A stretch of 64,000 bases of DNA from an uncultured Alphaproteobacteria bacterium (lineage in GTDB: Bacteria; Pseudomonadota; Alphaproteobacteria; MPNO01; DASWLB01). Made by a program: the position numbers and the translations under genes. Positions 44,787-54,700 of the stretch are shown piece after piece. The notes beneath the pieces were generated by a model that worked only from the letters and a program-made list of their open reading frames with translations, did not search any database and was not told where the DNA came from. Where the stretch lies: the NCBI GenBank assembly GCA_963775315.1, contig CAVZIN010000003.1, positions 72,011 to 136,010 on the forward strand, written 5' to 3'. Within the stretch, counting starts at the first letter, position 1, and each line of letters opens with the position of its first letter.

Positions 44787-45959
44787 CTACCCCCACAGGC
44801 GCTTGGAGGCGATGCGGGCCCCCTCGACCAGCGCCTCGAACTTCGCCCAGACGATGGTGGGGTGGATTTCGGGATGCGCGCTCGCCTGGGTGCCGAAGCC
44901 GCAATCGGCGCCGGCGATGACGTTCTCGCGCCCGACGAGCCCGGCGTAGCGCTCGATCCGGTCGGCGACGAGCTCCGGATGCTCGACGAGCGGCGAGGCG
45001 TGGGTGATGCAGCCGGGAATCAGGATCTTCCCCTCGGGCAGCTTCGTCTCCTCCCACAGCCGCCACTCGTGGTCGTGGCGCTGGTTCGCCGCCTCGAACG
45101 AATAGCTGCCCGCATTGATCTTCAGGATGATGTCGAGCACGTGCTTGAGCTCGAGGTCGTGCACGCGGGGGCCGATATTGATGCCGTAGCAGGTGTGGTA
45201 GCGCACCTTCTCCGCCGGGATGTCGCGGAGCGCGTAGTTGAGCGCCTCGATGCGGCTCTCCGCCCACTTGCGCACTTCCGGGATGGTGATGCCCGGGTTC
45301 GACACGTAGTGGCTGGCGAGGCGCGGGTCGTCGATCTGGACTAGGAAGCCCGCGTCGACGATCGCCTTGTATTCCTCGCGCAGCGCGTCGGCGATGGCGT
45401 AGAGGAACTCCTCCTCGGTCTTGTAGTACTCGTTCTTCTGCGCGTTCGCGACGTCGATGGGCGAGATCGAGGGCATGAACGCCTCGGTCGCGCCGGCGGC
45501 GTCCACCGCCTCGCGCAGGTTCTTGATGTCGCGGTCGAGCGCGGCGCGGCCGCTGTAGGTGACGGGCGCGGTGCAGATCATCTGCAGCGTCGCCGCCGAG
45601 CCGACGCGCCCGGCGAAGGTCGCCGATTCCTCGCCGTAGAACTCGGGGAAGGCCAGCGCCTCGCGCGAGCCCGCCCAGGGCGAGTTGCGCGGCACCGACT
45701 TCGCGGTGTAGCCGCCGAGCCGCTGGTTCGCATAGACCGAGAAGCCGGGCTTGGAGAACTCGCCGTCGTCCACCACGTCGATGCCGAGGGCGACCTGGTG
45801 CTTCACGACCCTGGCCACCTCGCGCTTCAGCATCGCCTCGTAGCCGGCGCGGTCGGTGGACGAGCCGTCGTCGAGGGCGCGCATCGCGGCGAACAGCTCC
45901 GGCGGTCGCGCCAGGCTTCCGACATGGGTGGTGAGGATGCGGTCGGTCGAGCGTCTCAT
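44787..45959 (-). CDS. Cobalamin-independent methionine synthase (MetE) C-terminal-domain-like, UroD/MetE family short form
   Basis: Zn-ligand contexts 'RYHTCYGIN', 'GADCGFG'. ATG at 45959 with an AAGGGAG SD. Confidence 0.85.
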   Translation of the reverse strand: MRRSTDRILTTHVGSLARPPELFAAMRALDDGSSTDRAGYEAMLKREVARVVKHQVALGIDVVDDGEFSKPGFSVYANQRLGGYTAKSVPRNSPWAGSREALAFPEFYGEESATFAGRVGSAATLQMICTAPVTYSGRAALDRDIKNLREAVDAAGATEAFMPSISPIDVANAQKNEYYKTEEEFLYAIADALREEYKAIVDAGFLVQIDDPRLASHYVSNPGITIPEVRKWAESRIEALNYALRDIPAEKVRYHTCYGINIGPRVHDLELKHVLDIILKINAGSYSFEAANQRHDHEWRLWEETKLPEGKILIPGCITHASPLVEHPELVADRIERYAGLVGRENVIAGADCGFGTQASAHPEIHPTIVWAKFEALVEGARIASKRLWG

Positions 45960-46050
45960 GTGATCATCTCCCTTTACGCCGGCGGGGCAGCATAGCGGGT
46001 TCGCGCGCCGCCGTGCTAGCATTCGCCGAACGCGAATTCGGGAGGCGACG

Positions 46051-46974
46051 ATGGCGGATACGGGCGTGGCCGGGGACAAGGCAGCGGAAGTCGCGGGGCG
46101 CATCCGCGCGCTCGGGCGGCGCTTCGACCCCGAGGTTCTGCAGGCGAGCTATGCGATCTTCAAGCCGCTGCAGGAGAAGGCGCCCAAGTCCGGCGTCCGC
46201 GTGCTGAAGGACAACGCCTACGGCGACCATCCGCGCCAGCGCGTCGATCTGTTCGTGCCCGAGACGCGTCCGGCGAAGCCCGCGCCGGTCGTGGTCTATT
46301 TCCACGGCGGCGGCTACGTGCAGGGAGAGCGGAGCCCGCTGCCCGGCCTGATCTACGACAACGTCGCGACGTTTTTCGCGCGCCACGGCGCGATCGGCGC
46401 CAACGCGACCTACCCGCTGGCGCCCGAGACGAAGTGGCCCGAGGGCGGGCGCAACATCGGCCGCGTCGTCGCCTGGCTGAAGGCGAACGTCGCCGCGCAT
46501 GGCGGCGATCCCGACCGCATCTTCGTCATGGGCCAGTCGGCGGGCGCGAGCCACGTCGCCGCCTGGACGTTCGATCCCCGCGTGCATGGGGCCGCCGGGC
46601 CCGGCATCGCCGGCGCCATCCTGCTGTCGGGCGTGTATGCGACGCGCGACGACACGTTCAGCCCGGAGCGGCGGGCGGTTCCCAACTACATCCAGTATTT
46701 CGGCGAGGACCAGGCGAGCTGGGACGACAAGGCGACGCTGGCCCAGGTGAAGGCCGGCCACCCGCCGGTCTTCCTCTGCGTCACCGAGTTCGACCCCTAT
46801 CCGCTCTCCTGGCCGACCATCGCCCTCGCCGCCAAGCTCACCCAGGTCGACGGCCAGATCCCGGTGTGGTTCCGGCTGATGCGCGACAACAACCATGTCT
46901 CGTCCGCGCTGCAGATCAACTCGGAGGTCGATGCGCTCGGGCCCGACCTCCTCGAGTTCGTCGCGCGCGTGTGA
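46051..46974 (+). CDS. Alpha/beta-hydrolase fold-3 esterase/lipase
   Basis: 'VVYFHGGGY' oxyanion motif and 'GQSAG' nucleophile elbow. Confidence 0.85.
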   Translation: MADTGVAGDKAAEVAGRIRALGRRFDPEVLQASYAIFKPLQEKAPKSGVRVLKDNAYGDHPRQRVDLFVPETRPAKPAPVVVYFHGGGYVQGERSPLPGLIYDNVATFFARHGAIGANATYPLAPETKWPEGGRNIGRVVAWLKANVAAHGGDPDRIFVMGQSAGASHVAAWTFDPRVHGAAGPGIAGAILLSGVYATRDDTFSPERRAVPNYIQYFGEDQASWDDKATLAQVKAGHPPVFLCVTEFDPYPLSWPTIALAAKLTQVDGQIPVWFRLMRDNNHVSSALQINSEVDALGPDLLEFVARV

Positions 46975-46981
46975 GGTCGGC

Positions 46982-47794
46982 ATGATCACGCTCTACCAGT
47001 TCGGCAACTCGGTCTGCTGCCAGAAGGTCCGCATCACCATGGCGGAGAAGGGGCTCGACTGGGAGACGGTCGAGATCGACCTCTTCAAGTCCGAGCAGTA
47101 CGACCCGAAATACCTCGCCCTCAACCCGAAGGGCGTGGTGCCGACCATCGTCCACGAAGGCAAGCCGGTCATCGAATCCACCCTGATCTGCGAGTATCTG
47201 GACGAGACCTTTCCCGACCCGCCCTTGATGCCGCCCGATCCGTGGGGCCGGACCAAGATGCGGCTCTGGTCCAAGATGGTGGACGAGGGGCTGCACGAGG
47301 GCGTCACCGAGATCAGCTTCTCCGCCATGTTCCGCGAGCGGATGAAGGCGATGCCCGAGCCGATCCGTGAGGCGCGGTTCCGCAATGTCGGCGATCCGCG
47401 CCGGCGCGACCGGTTCCGCTCGACCTACGAGCTGGGCGCGGACTCGCCCTTCGTCGTCCACGCCGTGTTCGCCTACGAGAAGGCGTTCAAGACGCTCGAG
47501 GCGGCGCTCGGCGAGGGCGGGCCGTGGATCCTGGGCGCGAAGCCGACCCTCGCCGACATCAACCTCATGCCCTACGCGGCGCGGCTCGCCTATCTCGGCC
47601 TTCTCGACGTCTGGACCGCGGACCGGCCGCGGAGCCGCGCGTGGTGGCAGCGCGTGCAGGATTGGCCGTCCTTCCGGAAGGGCCTGTCCGATCCGCTGAC
47701 AAAATCCGAGCGCGACGAGATGGCGACGCACGGGCCCACGATCCGCGACACGCTCGCCCGCCACCGCGCCGCCCTTCCCAAGATGCCGGTGTAG
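46982..47794 (+). CDS. Glutathione S-transferase
   Basis: N-terminal thioredoxin-like 'MITLYQFGNSVCCQKVR...VPTIVHEGKPVIES' and a C-terminal helical domain. Confidence 0.85.
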   Translation: MITLYQFGNSVCCQKVRITMAEKGLDWETVEIDLFKSEQYDPKYLALNPKGVVPTIVHEGKPVIESTLICEYLDETFPDPPLMPPDPWGRTKMRLWSKMVDEGLHEGVTEISFSAMFRERMKAMPEPIREARFRNVGDPRRRDRFRSTYELGADSPFVVHAVFAYEKAFKTLEAALGEGGPWILGAKPTLADINLMPYAARLAYLGLLDVWTADRPRSRAWWQRVQDWPSFRKGLSDPLTKSERDEMATHGPTIRDTLARHRAALPKMPV

Positions 47795-47908
47795 GTCTTC
47801 GCAAGGATTTGCCGTCGCGGGGACCGGCCACCGATCCTCCCGTGCGGCATTTTGGCGGGGGGAGCTTTCGCGCTACACTCCCCGGGCGGCCAAGGGAGGA
47901 CTCTGACG

Positions 47909-48949
47909 ATGCAGGCGCTTCGGAACCAATGGTATTGCGCGGCCTTCGGCCATGAGCTCGGCACCGCGCCGATGGGCCGGACCTTCCTCGACCAGGCGGT
48001 GGCGCTCTACCGCAAGGCGGACGGCACCCCGGTCGCGTTCGAGGATCGCTGCTGCCATCGCCGCGCGCCCTTGTCGAAGGGCGCGGTCGAGGGCGACAAC
48101 CTCCGCTGCGGCTATCACGGGTTTCTCTACGACCCCACCGGCGCGGTCGTCTGGGCGCCGGGCACCGAGCGGCTGCCGCCCGGCGCGCATGTGCAGACCT
48201 ACCCGGTGGTGGAGAAGCACGGCTGGGTCTGGATCTGGATGGGCGATCCGGCGCTCGCCGATCCCGCCAAGGCGCCCGACTACGTCTATTACGACCATCC
48301 CGACTGGGCGTCCTACGACCAGCTCATCCCGGTCAAGGGCAACTACCTCCTGATCGTCGACAATCTGCTCGACCTTTCGCATCTGCCGTTCCTGCACGCC
48401 AACACGATCGGCAGCCCCGAGGACGTCAACCCCGACCTGACGTGGGAGCGGGGCGACGATTGGGTGAAGGGGGTGCGCCAGGCGCGCGGCCTCTCGCCCT
48501 CGCCGTCGAACAAGAGCCAGGGGCTCGACTTCAAGTTCGACCGCAAGCAGATCATGCTGTTCGAGCCGCCGTCGCAGGTGACGATCGACATCTATCAGAA
48601 CGAGTACGGCAAGGAGTTCGGCGCGCCCGACGACCGCATGCGCCGGCGCATCGTCATCTACGACACGGTGACGCCCGAGACCGATACGAGCTGCTTCTAC
48701 TTCTGGGCCATCGCGCGCGACTACCGGGTGGATGACAAGGAGCTTTCCCAGGTGCTGCGCGCCTCCACGGCCGCGGCGTTCGACGAGGACACGCAGATGA
48801 TCGGCGCGCAGCAGCGCACGATCGACTTCGACCCGCACACGCCGCAGGTGGACGTGATCGGCGACCACGGCTCGCTCCAGGCGCGCCGCATCATGGAGCG
48901 GCTGCTCGCCGCCGAGCGCGCCTCCGCCCCGCGCCAGGCAGCGGAGTAG
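47909..48949 (+). CDS. Rieske [2Fe-2S] non-heme-iron oxygenase, alpha subunit (VanA/phthalate-dioxygenase-like)
   Basis: Rieske motif 'CCHRRAPLS...CGYHGF' and a mononuclear-iron domain. AAGGGAGGA SD upstream. Confidence 0.85.
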   Translation: MQALRNQWYCAAFGHELGTAPMGRTFLDQAVALYRKADGTPVAFEDRCCHRRAPLSKGAVEGDNLRCGYHGFLYDPTGAVVWAPGTERLPPGAHVQTYPVVEKHGWVWIWMGDPALADPAKAPDYVYYDHPDWASYDQLIPVKGNYLLIVDNLLDLSHLPFLHANTIGSPEDVNPDLTWERGDDWVKGVRQARGLSPSPSNKSQGLDFKFDRKQIMLFEPPSQVTIDIYQNEYGKEFGAPDDRMRRRIVIYDTVTPETDTSCFYFWAIARDYRVDDKELSQVLRASTAAAFDEDTQMIGAQQRTIDFDPHTPQVDVIGDHGSLQARRIMERLLAAERASAPRQAAE

Positions 48950-48991
48950 GGACGGGGAAGGGCGTCGTCCCGCCCTCCCTGCCGGACCATC

Positions 48992-49849
48992 ATGGAGCGG
49001 CCGGTCGAATTCCCGTCCGATGGGCTCGCGCTTCGCGGCGTTCTGCACGTGCCGAACGGCGCGGCGGGACCGCGCCCGGCCCTCGTCCTCTGCCACGGCT
49101 TCGGCGGAAGCTGCCGCGGCGCCGGCCATCCGCAGCTCGCGGCCGCGCTCGCCGGCGCGGGCTATGTCGTGCTGCGGTTCGACTTCCGCGGCTGCGGCGA
49201 AAGCGACGGCGAGACGGGCAGCGTCATCTGCGAGGAGGAGGTGGCCGACCTTCGCCACGCGGTCGATTTCCTGGCCGCGCGTCCCGAGGCGGCACCCGAC
49301 CGCATCGGCGCGATCGGGGCGAGCCTGGGGGGCTCGGTCGCCGTCGCCGCCACCGCCGCCGACCCGCGCCTCAAGCTCTGCGCCGCCAACGGTGCGATCG
49401 GCGACGGCGAGCGCCGCTTCCGCTTCCAATACCCCGCCCAGGACGCGTGGCGCGCCTTCCTCGACCGGCTCGACGCGGCGAGGCGGCAGCGCGCGGCAAC
49501 CGGCGAGGCGACGATGATCGGCCGGTTCGACATCGTGCAGATTCTGGAGTCGAACCGCGCGGGCCTGCCGCCGGGCGCGGTGATGGAGTTCACCGCCGAG
49601 ACGGCGGAAAGCATGCGGAATTTCCGCCCCGAGCGCGTCGCCGGCCGCATCGCGCCGCGTCCGCTGCTTCTCATCCATCCGCGCGAGGACCAGGTCGTGC
49701 CGTGCGCGGAGTCCGAGGCGCTCGCCGCCGCCGCGGGGCCGAACGCCGAGCTCCACATCATCGAGAGCCGCGACCATTTCGGCTCCGGCGGCGCGATGCT
49801 CACCGGCATCACCCTCGACTGGCTCGCCCGCCACCTGCCGGCGCGCTGA
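48992..49849 (+). CDS. Alpha/beta hydrolase (dienelactone-hydrolase-like)
   Basis: 'LCHGFGG', 'GASLGG' nucleophile elbow, and a C-terminal His. Confidence 0.85.
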   Translation: MERPVEFPSDGLALRGVLHVPNGAAGPRPALVLCHGFGGSCRGAGHPQLAAALAGAGYVVLRFDFRGCGESDGETGSVICEEEVADLRHAVDFLAARPEAAPDRIGAIGASLGGSVAVAATAADPRLKLCAANGAIGDGERRFRFQYPAQDAWRAFLDRLDAARRQRAATGEATMIGRFDIVQILESNRAGLPPGAVMEFTAETAESMRNFRPERVAGRIAPRPLLLIHPREDQVVPCAESEALAAAAGPNAELHIIESRDHFGSGGAMLTGITLDWLARHLPAR

Positions 49850-50006
49850 ACTGGCGTATACGCCACCGGCACCGCCGCGCCCCATCCGTGATACTGTTGC
49901 CGAATTCGAAACAATTCCCATTGGCCCCGCTTCGGCGGAGGCGTAGGATCGGGCGAGGCCCAGCCATAAGGGCCAGGAGGTCGAGGCGTTCAGGGAGGCC
50001 GGCCGG

Positions 50007-50519
50007 ATGGGCCGCGTCGCAGCCGCTTATCTGCACCTCATCAACCTGCTGAAGACGCTGTCCGGCGTCATCATCTTCTGCGTCTTCCTGCTTATCGTAT
50101 CGGACGTGCTGATCCGGCTCGTGGGCCTCAACCCCTGGATCTATTCGACCGTGCTGGTCGAGTACGGGCTCCTCTGGTTCACCATGCTGGCCGCGCCCTG
50201 GCTCGCGCGTACCAAGGGCCATGTTTTCATCGACGCGATCACCCAACTCCTGCCGCCCGGCGTGCAGCGCGTGATCGCCAAGTTCGCCTATCTCGTCTGC
50301 ACGGCGACGTCGCTGTGCTTCGCCTACTACTCGGGACGACTGCTGATCAGCGCGATTGTCGGGCACGAGTTCGACACGCGCGCCGTCGACATGCCGATGT
50401 GGACGCTGCTCGCACCGCTGCCGCCCTGCTTCCTGATGGTGGCGATCGAGTACCTGCGATTCCTGGTCGGCATCGACTCGATGTACTCGTCCCGCACCGA
50501 GGTGAGGGACAGCGTGTAG
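50007..50519 (+). CDS. dctQ: TRAP transporter small permease
   Basis: Four-TM DctQ-like protein directly upstream of the large permease. Confidence 0.85.
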   Translation: MGRVAAAYLHLINLLKTLSGVIIFCVFLLIVSDVLIRLVGLNPWIYSTVLVEYGLLWFTMLAAPWLARTKGHVFIDAITQLLPPGVQRVIAKFAYLVCTATSLCFAYYSGRLLISAIVGHEFDTRAVDMPMWTLLAPLPPCFLMVAIEYLRFLVGIDSMYSSRTEVRDSV

Positions 50520-50521
50520 CG

Positions 50522-51838
50522 ATGGAATGGTACTGGGCCTTCGCGCTGCTGCTCGGGATGATCGTCGCGCTGCTCGGGCTCGGCCTGCCGGTCGCGCTCG
50601 CCTTCCTCGCCACCAACATCCTCGGCTGGCTCTACTTCAACGGCTGGAACCCGGAGGCGGTGATCCAGGTGGCCGACAACTCGACCATCCTGATCTCGCG
50701 CTTCACGCTCGGCCCGGTGCCGATGTTCATCATGATGGGCTCGCTGTTCTTCCACACCGGGCTGGCGGTGAGGGTGTTCGACGGGCTCGAGGTGCTGTTC
50801 GGCCGGCTGCCGGGGCGGCTCTGCTACCTGACCGTCGCGGGCGGCGCGCTGTTCGCGACGCTGACCGGCTCGTCGATGGCGAACACGGCGATGCTCGGCT
50901 CGCTGATGGTGCCGGAGATGCAGCGCCGCGGCTACAACTGGCGCATGTCGATGGGGCCGGTGCTGGGCTCGGGCGGGCTCGCCATGATCATCCCGCCGTC
51001 GGCGCTCGGCGTGCTGCTCGCCGCGGTTGCCGGCATCGACGTCGGCCAGCTTCTGGTGGCCGGCTTCGTGCCGGGCTTCGTGCTGGCCGGCCTGTTCGCG
51101 CTGCTGATCCGGCTACAGCTCTGGCTCGATCCGTCGGGCGCGCCGGAATACGACGTCGAGCGGACGACGCTCGCCACCAAGGCGCGGCTCTTCGCGGTGA
51201 ACATCCTGCCCATGGGCGTGGTGGTGTTCATGGTGGTCGGCTTCATCGTGCTCGGCTGGTCGACGCCGACCGAGGCCGCCGCGCTCGGCGTGCTCGGCGT
51301 GATGATTCTCGCCGCGCTGTTCCGCAAGCTCACCTTCAAGGCGATCGGCGTCTCGGTCGAGGGGACGGTGCGCGTCGCCGCGATGGTGTTCTTCATCCTG
51401 ATGAACTCGACCGTGTTCTCGCAGCTCCTCGCCTTCTCGGGCGCGTCGTCGGGCATGCTGGAATGGGTCGGCGGGTTCGACGTGTCGCGCTACTGGGTGC
51501 TCGCCGCGATGTTCGGCGTGCTGATCCTCCTCGGCATGTTCATGGACGGCGTGTCGATGATGCTGATCGCCGTGCCGATCTTCTTCCCGCTGGCCAAGCA
51601 TCTCGGCTTCGACCTGATCTGGTTCGGGCTGTTCGTGCTGCTGACGATCGAGATGGGCGGGACGACGCCGCCCTTCGGCCTGCTGCTCTACGTCATGCTG
51701 GGGATCGCGCCGCCGGGAACGACGCTGTTCCGCGTCGCGGGGGCGGCGCTGCCGTTCCTCGCCTGCGATGTGGTGCTGATCCTGCTGCTGGTCGCCTTCC
51801 CGGGGCTCGCGCTTTACCTGCCGCGCCTGATGTTGTGA
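50522..51838 (+). CDS. dctM: TRAP transporter large permease
   Basis: 'MEWYWAFALLLGMIVALLGLGLP...' DctM 12-TM layout. ATG lies 2 nt after the dctQ stop. The track ORF's upstream extension is out-of-frame junk. Confidence 0.9.
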   Translation: MEWYWAFALLLGMIVALLGLGLPVALAFLATNILGWLYFNGWNPEAVIQVADNSTILISRFTLGPVPMFIMMGSLFFHTGLAVRVFDGLEVLFGRLPGRLCYLTVAGGALFATLTGSSMANTAMLGSLMVPEMQRRGYNWRMSMGPVLGSGGLAMIIPPSALGVLLAAVAGIDVGQLLVAGFVPGFVLAGLFALLIRLQLWLDPSGAPEYDVERTTLATKARLFAVNILPMGVVVFMVVGFIVLGWSTPTEAAALGVLGVMILAALFRKLTFKAIGVSVEGTVRVAAMVFFILMNSTVFSQLLAFSGASSGMLEWVGGFDVSRYWVLAAMFGVLILLGMFMDGVSMMLIAVPIFFPLAKHLGFDLIWFGLFVLLTIEMGGTTPPFGLLLYVMLGIAPPGTTLFRVAGAALPFLACDVVLILLLVAFPGLALYLPRLML

Positions 51839-51847
51839 GGCGCGGGC

Positions 51848-53029
51848 CTAGCCGGCTGTCTCCGCCGTTTCGGCCCAGTCGCCCAGCCGGGCGAGGAAGG
51901 CGCTGCAGCGCTCGATCTGCGCGATTTCGACATACTCGTCCGGCTTGTGCGCCTGGGCGATGTGGCCCGGACCGCAGACGACTGCCGGCATGCCCGCCTC
52001 GGTGTAGAGCCCGGCCTCGCACATGAACGACGCGGTGTGCGATTCGGTGACGCCGGCGAGCCGGCAGGCGAGACGCTCGGCCGGCGAGTCCGCGACCCGG
52101 GCGAGCGGCGGCGAGGCGACCTCGAGCCGGGTGACCACCGACGCGGCGGGGTCGACCGCGCGCATGCGCGGCAGGATGTCGGTGGCGACGAACTCCGCGA
52201 GCCGGCGGACGATGCCGTCGGCGTCGGCGCCCGGCACGGGGCGGAACTCCCAATGGATGTCGCAGCGCCGCGCGACGATGTTGACCGCCGTGCCGCCCTG
52301 GATCGTGCCGACGTTCAGGGTGGTGCCCGGCGGGTCGAACGGGTCGTCCGGCGCCGCCTCGGCGGCGAGCGCGTCGGCAAGGCGGCCGAGGAAGCCCACG
52401 ATCTCGGCCGCGAAGGCGATGGCGTTGACCCCCGCGGCGGGGCGCGACGAATGGCCCTCGCGCCCGGTGACGGTGGTGGTGAGCACGCGGATGCCCTTGT
52501 GCGCGCCGACGACGCGCATGCCGGTCGGCTCGCCCACCAGCACGAGGCGCGGGCGGGGCAGCGCGCGCCCGATCTCGCCCAGCATGCGCCGCACGCCGAG
52601 GCAGCCGACCTCCTCGTCATAGGTGAGGGCGTAGTGGACCGGTGTCCGCAGCGGCCGCGACGCGAAGTCGGGGGCGAGCGCGAGGGCGCAGGCGATGAAC
52701 CCCTTCATGTCGGCCGCGCCGCGCCCGTAGAGCCTGGCGTCGCGCTCGGCGAGGGCGAACGGGTCGGTCGACCAGTCCTGCCCCGCGACCGGCACCACGT
52801 CGGTATGGCCGGAGAGCGCCACCCCGCCCGCCGAGTTGGCCGGCCCGAGCGTCGCGAACAAATTGGCCTTGGTGCGCGCCTCGTCATGCACCAGCTTCAC
52901 GCGCGCGCCGTGACTTTCGAGGTATTCGGCCGCGAATGCGACCAGCGCTAGGTTCGACTTGGCGGAGACGGTGTCGAACCCCACCAGCCGCTCCAGCATC
53001 GCGCGCGCGCCGATCCGCCGTCCCGCCAT
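51848..53029 (-). CDS. M20-family peptidase (acetylornithine deacetylase ArgE / DapE-like)
   Basis: 'LSGHTDVVP', 'GAADMKG', 'GEPTGM' metal-binding motifs. ATG at 53029 with a GGGAGA SD. Confidence 0.85.
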   Translation of the reverse strand: MAGRRIGARAMLERLVGFDTVSAKSNLALVAFAAEYLESHGARVKLVHDEARTKANLFATLGPANSAGGVALSGHTDVVPVAGQDWSTDPFALAERDARLYGRGAADMKGFIACALALAPDFASRPLRTPVHYALTYDEEVGCLGVRRMLGEIGRALPRPRLVLVGEPTGMRVVGAHKGIRVLTTTVTGREGHSSRPAAGVNAIAFAAEIVGFLGRLADALAAEAAPDDPFDPPGTTLNVGTIQGGTAVNIVARRCDIHWEFRPVPGADADGIVRRLAEFVATDILPRMRAVDPAASVVTRLEVASPPLARVADSPAERLACRLAGVTESHTASFMCEAGLYTEAGMPAVVCGPGHIAQAHKPDEYVEIAQIERCSAFLARLGDWAETAETAG

Positions 53030-53274
53030 CGAATCTCCCGCCTTCCGCCCGATGGTCGGGCAAATCGGCCCGCCTGTCCATCGCGGGCGTCCGCTCGCGC
53101 GGCTTCGGGCGGCTGGGGACACGGCTCATCGCACCCCGCGGTCAGCGCGTCGCGGGGGACCGGATCGCAGCATAGGAACGCAATAGGAACATCTACTGTG
53201 AACGTCGCGTGAAATTTGGCTTGGCCCAGCGCGCCATGCCGCTATGTTGGCGCGAAGTCCGAGGGGAGCGCACC

Positions 53275-53619
53275 ATGGCGGCCAAGACCAGCTTCGAGGG
53301 GTTTTCCCGCACCAAGTACGAGTACGAGCTTGCCGACCCGGCAAGCCTCGCCAGCCTGCCGGCGCAGGCGGGGAACTTCATCTTCGCCCGGCGCGTGGCG
53401 GGCGCGCCCGACATCGTGCTGGCGGGCGAGACCGAATCGCTGCGCGGCGGGCTGGCCAACCACCCGCGCTGGCGCGAGGCGCAGAACCGCCACCAGGCGC
53501 AGTTCATCTTCTACCATCTGAACCCGGTGGCCGGGCGCCGCCGGCTCGAGCTGCACGACCTGGTGCGCCGCCACGCCCCGCCGATGAACCCGCCGCCCCG
53601 CGTCGAGGAGGAGGACTGA
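53275..53619 (+). CDS. Hypothetical protein (114 aa)
   Basis: ATG at 53275 is preceded by GAGGGGAG. No family recognised. Confidence 0.5.
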   Translation: MAAKTSFEGFSRTKYEYELADPASLASLPAQAGNFIFARRVAGAPDIVLAGETESLRGGLANHPRWREAQNRHQAQFIFYHLNPVAGRRRLELHDLVRRHAPPMNPPPRVEEED

Positions 53620-53630
53620 CCGGCCGGGCC

Positions 53631-53903
53631 ATGGCCGATCTGCCGCCGCTTCGGTTTACCGTGCATGCGCGCACGGCGTTGGGCGAGCGCCGTATTCCGG
53701 AGGAGTGGGTTCGGCGCGTGCTCGACCGGCCGGAGTGGGCCGAGCCGGACCCGAGCTGGGCTGGCAACACGCTCGCCTTCGGGCGAGTTCCGGAATTCGG
53801 AAACCGGCTTCTTCGTGTAGTATATCGGGATGCTGCGGGTGAGCGCCGCGTGATCACGGCCTTTTTCGACCGCACCCGCGCAAGGCAGGGACGCGCGCCA
53901 TGA
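53631..53903 (+). CDS. DUF4258-family putative toxin
   Basis: 'FTVHARTALGERRIPEEWVRRVL...LRVVYRDAAGERRVITAFF' is the DUF4258 pattern. Confidence 0.65.
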   Translation: MADLPPLRFTVHARTALGERRIPEEWVRRVLDRPEWAEPDPSWAGNTLAFGRVPEFGNRLLRVVYRDAAGERRVITAFFDRTRARQGRAP

Positions 53904-54100
53904 GAGTCCGCTTCGATCGCGAGGAAGACGCGCTATACATCCGCCTCGACGATTCGCCCGTCGTCGAGTCCGAGGAGGTGCGCCCTGGTGTGGTCTTCGA
54001 CTATGACGCCCAGAACCGGGTCGTCGGCATCGAGGTGCTCAACGCCCAGGAGCGCCTCCCGACCGCGAAACTCGGCCAGGTCGATTTCGAAGTGGCATAG
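53900..54100 (+). CDS. DUF2283-family putative antitoxin
   Basis: 'MRVRFDREEDALYIRLDDSPVVESEEVRPGVVFDYDAQNRVVGIEVL'. ATGA overlap with the preceding gene. Confidence 0.75.
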   Translation: MRVRFDREEDALYIRLDDSPVVESEEVRPGVVFDYDAQNRVVGIEVLNAQERLPTAKLGQVDFEVA

Positions 54101-54195
54101 CCCGCGCCCGGCCGGGCCGCCTGCCCCGGCTTGAGGCGGCGCGGCCTCCGGGCGCATCATCGCGGCGGCACGGGGCGGACCGGGCGGAGGGGGCG

Positions 54196-54534
54196 ATGAC
54201 CCACAAGGAGCTGCTGCATTACGAGACGGGCCTTCTGGTCACCTCGGTCGCGCTGGTCGCGGCGGGGTTCTCGGCCCTGCCGGACGCGTGGGAGCTCGCC
54301 GACTGGAAGGGGCCGCTGCTCTCCTTCGTCGCCTGGATGGCGGTGACCGTGATCCTGGCGACGCTCGCCGCCTTCGTCCTCCAGCTCCGCAAGACGGACG
54401 GCGCGGGCACCGCGCGGACCGCCGCCAAAAGCTGGGAGGCGGTGATCGCCTTCGTGCCGGTCCTGCCCGGCCTCGCCGCCGCGTGGCAGCTCATCCGCCT
54501 CGCCTGGTTCACCGCCGGCGTGCCGCTGTTCTGA
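54196..54534 (+). CDS. Hypothetical membrane protein (3 TM)
   Basis: GGAGGGGG SD upstream, with hydrophobic TM segments. Confidence 0.5.
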   Translation: MTHKELLHYETGLLVTSVALVAAGFSALPDAWELADWKGPLLSFVAWMAVTVILATLAAFVLQLRKTDGAGTARTAAKSWEAVIAFVPVLPGLAAAWQLIRLAWFTAGVPLF

Positions 54535-54643
54535 GGGGCGTGCGGCGCTTTCATTAGCCTTCCACGTCCTGAGTTTGTCGAAGGATGAGGCTGGCGAAGG
54601 ATGAGGCCATTCCGGCGGCATAGCCGCTCGTGCCGCCGCCGCC

Positions 54644-54700
54644 TCCCGATTGTCATCCCGGCCAAGCCGCAAAGCGGCGCGAGCCGGGAGCTATCCATCC
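54644..54700 (+). repeat. REP-like element copy D (TTGTCATCCCGGCCAAGCCGCAAAGCGGCGCGAGCCGGGAGCTATCCATCC)
   Basis: Shares the TGTCATCCCGG...CCGGGA.C.ATCCATC termini with copies A and B. Confidence 0.5.

Noticed and set aside
54576-54605. 12-bp direct repeat GAAGGATGAGGC x2 downstream of the membrane-protein gene
   Set aside because: There are only two units in a GC-rich intergenic region that also holds a REP copy, and there is no coding or structural context. It is probably part of the REP-like element or a chance repeat.
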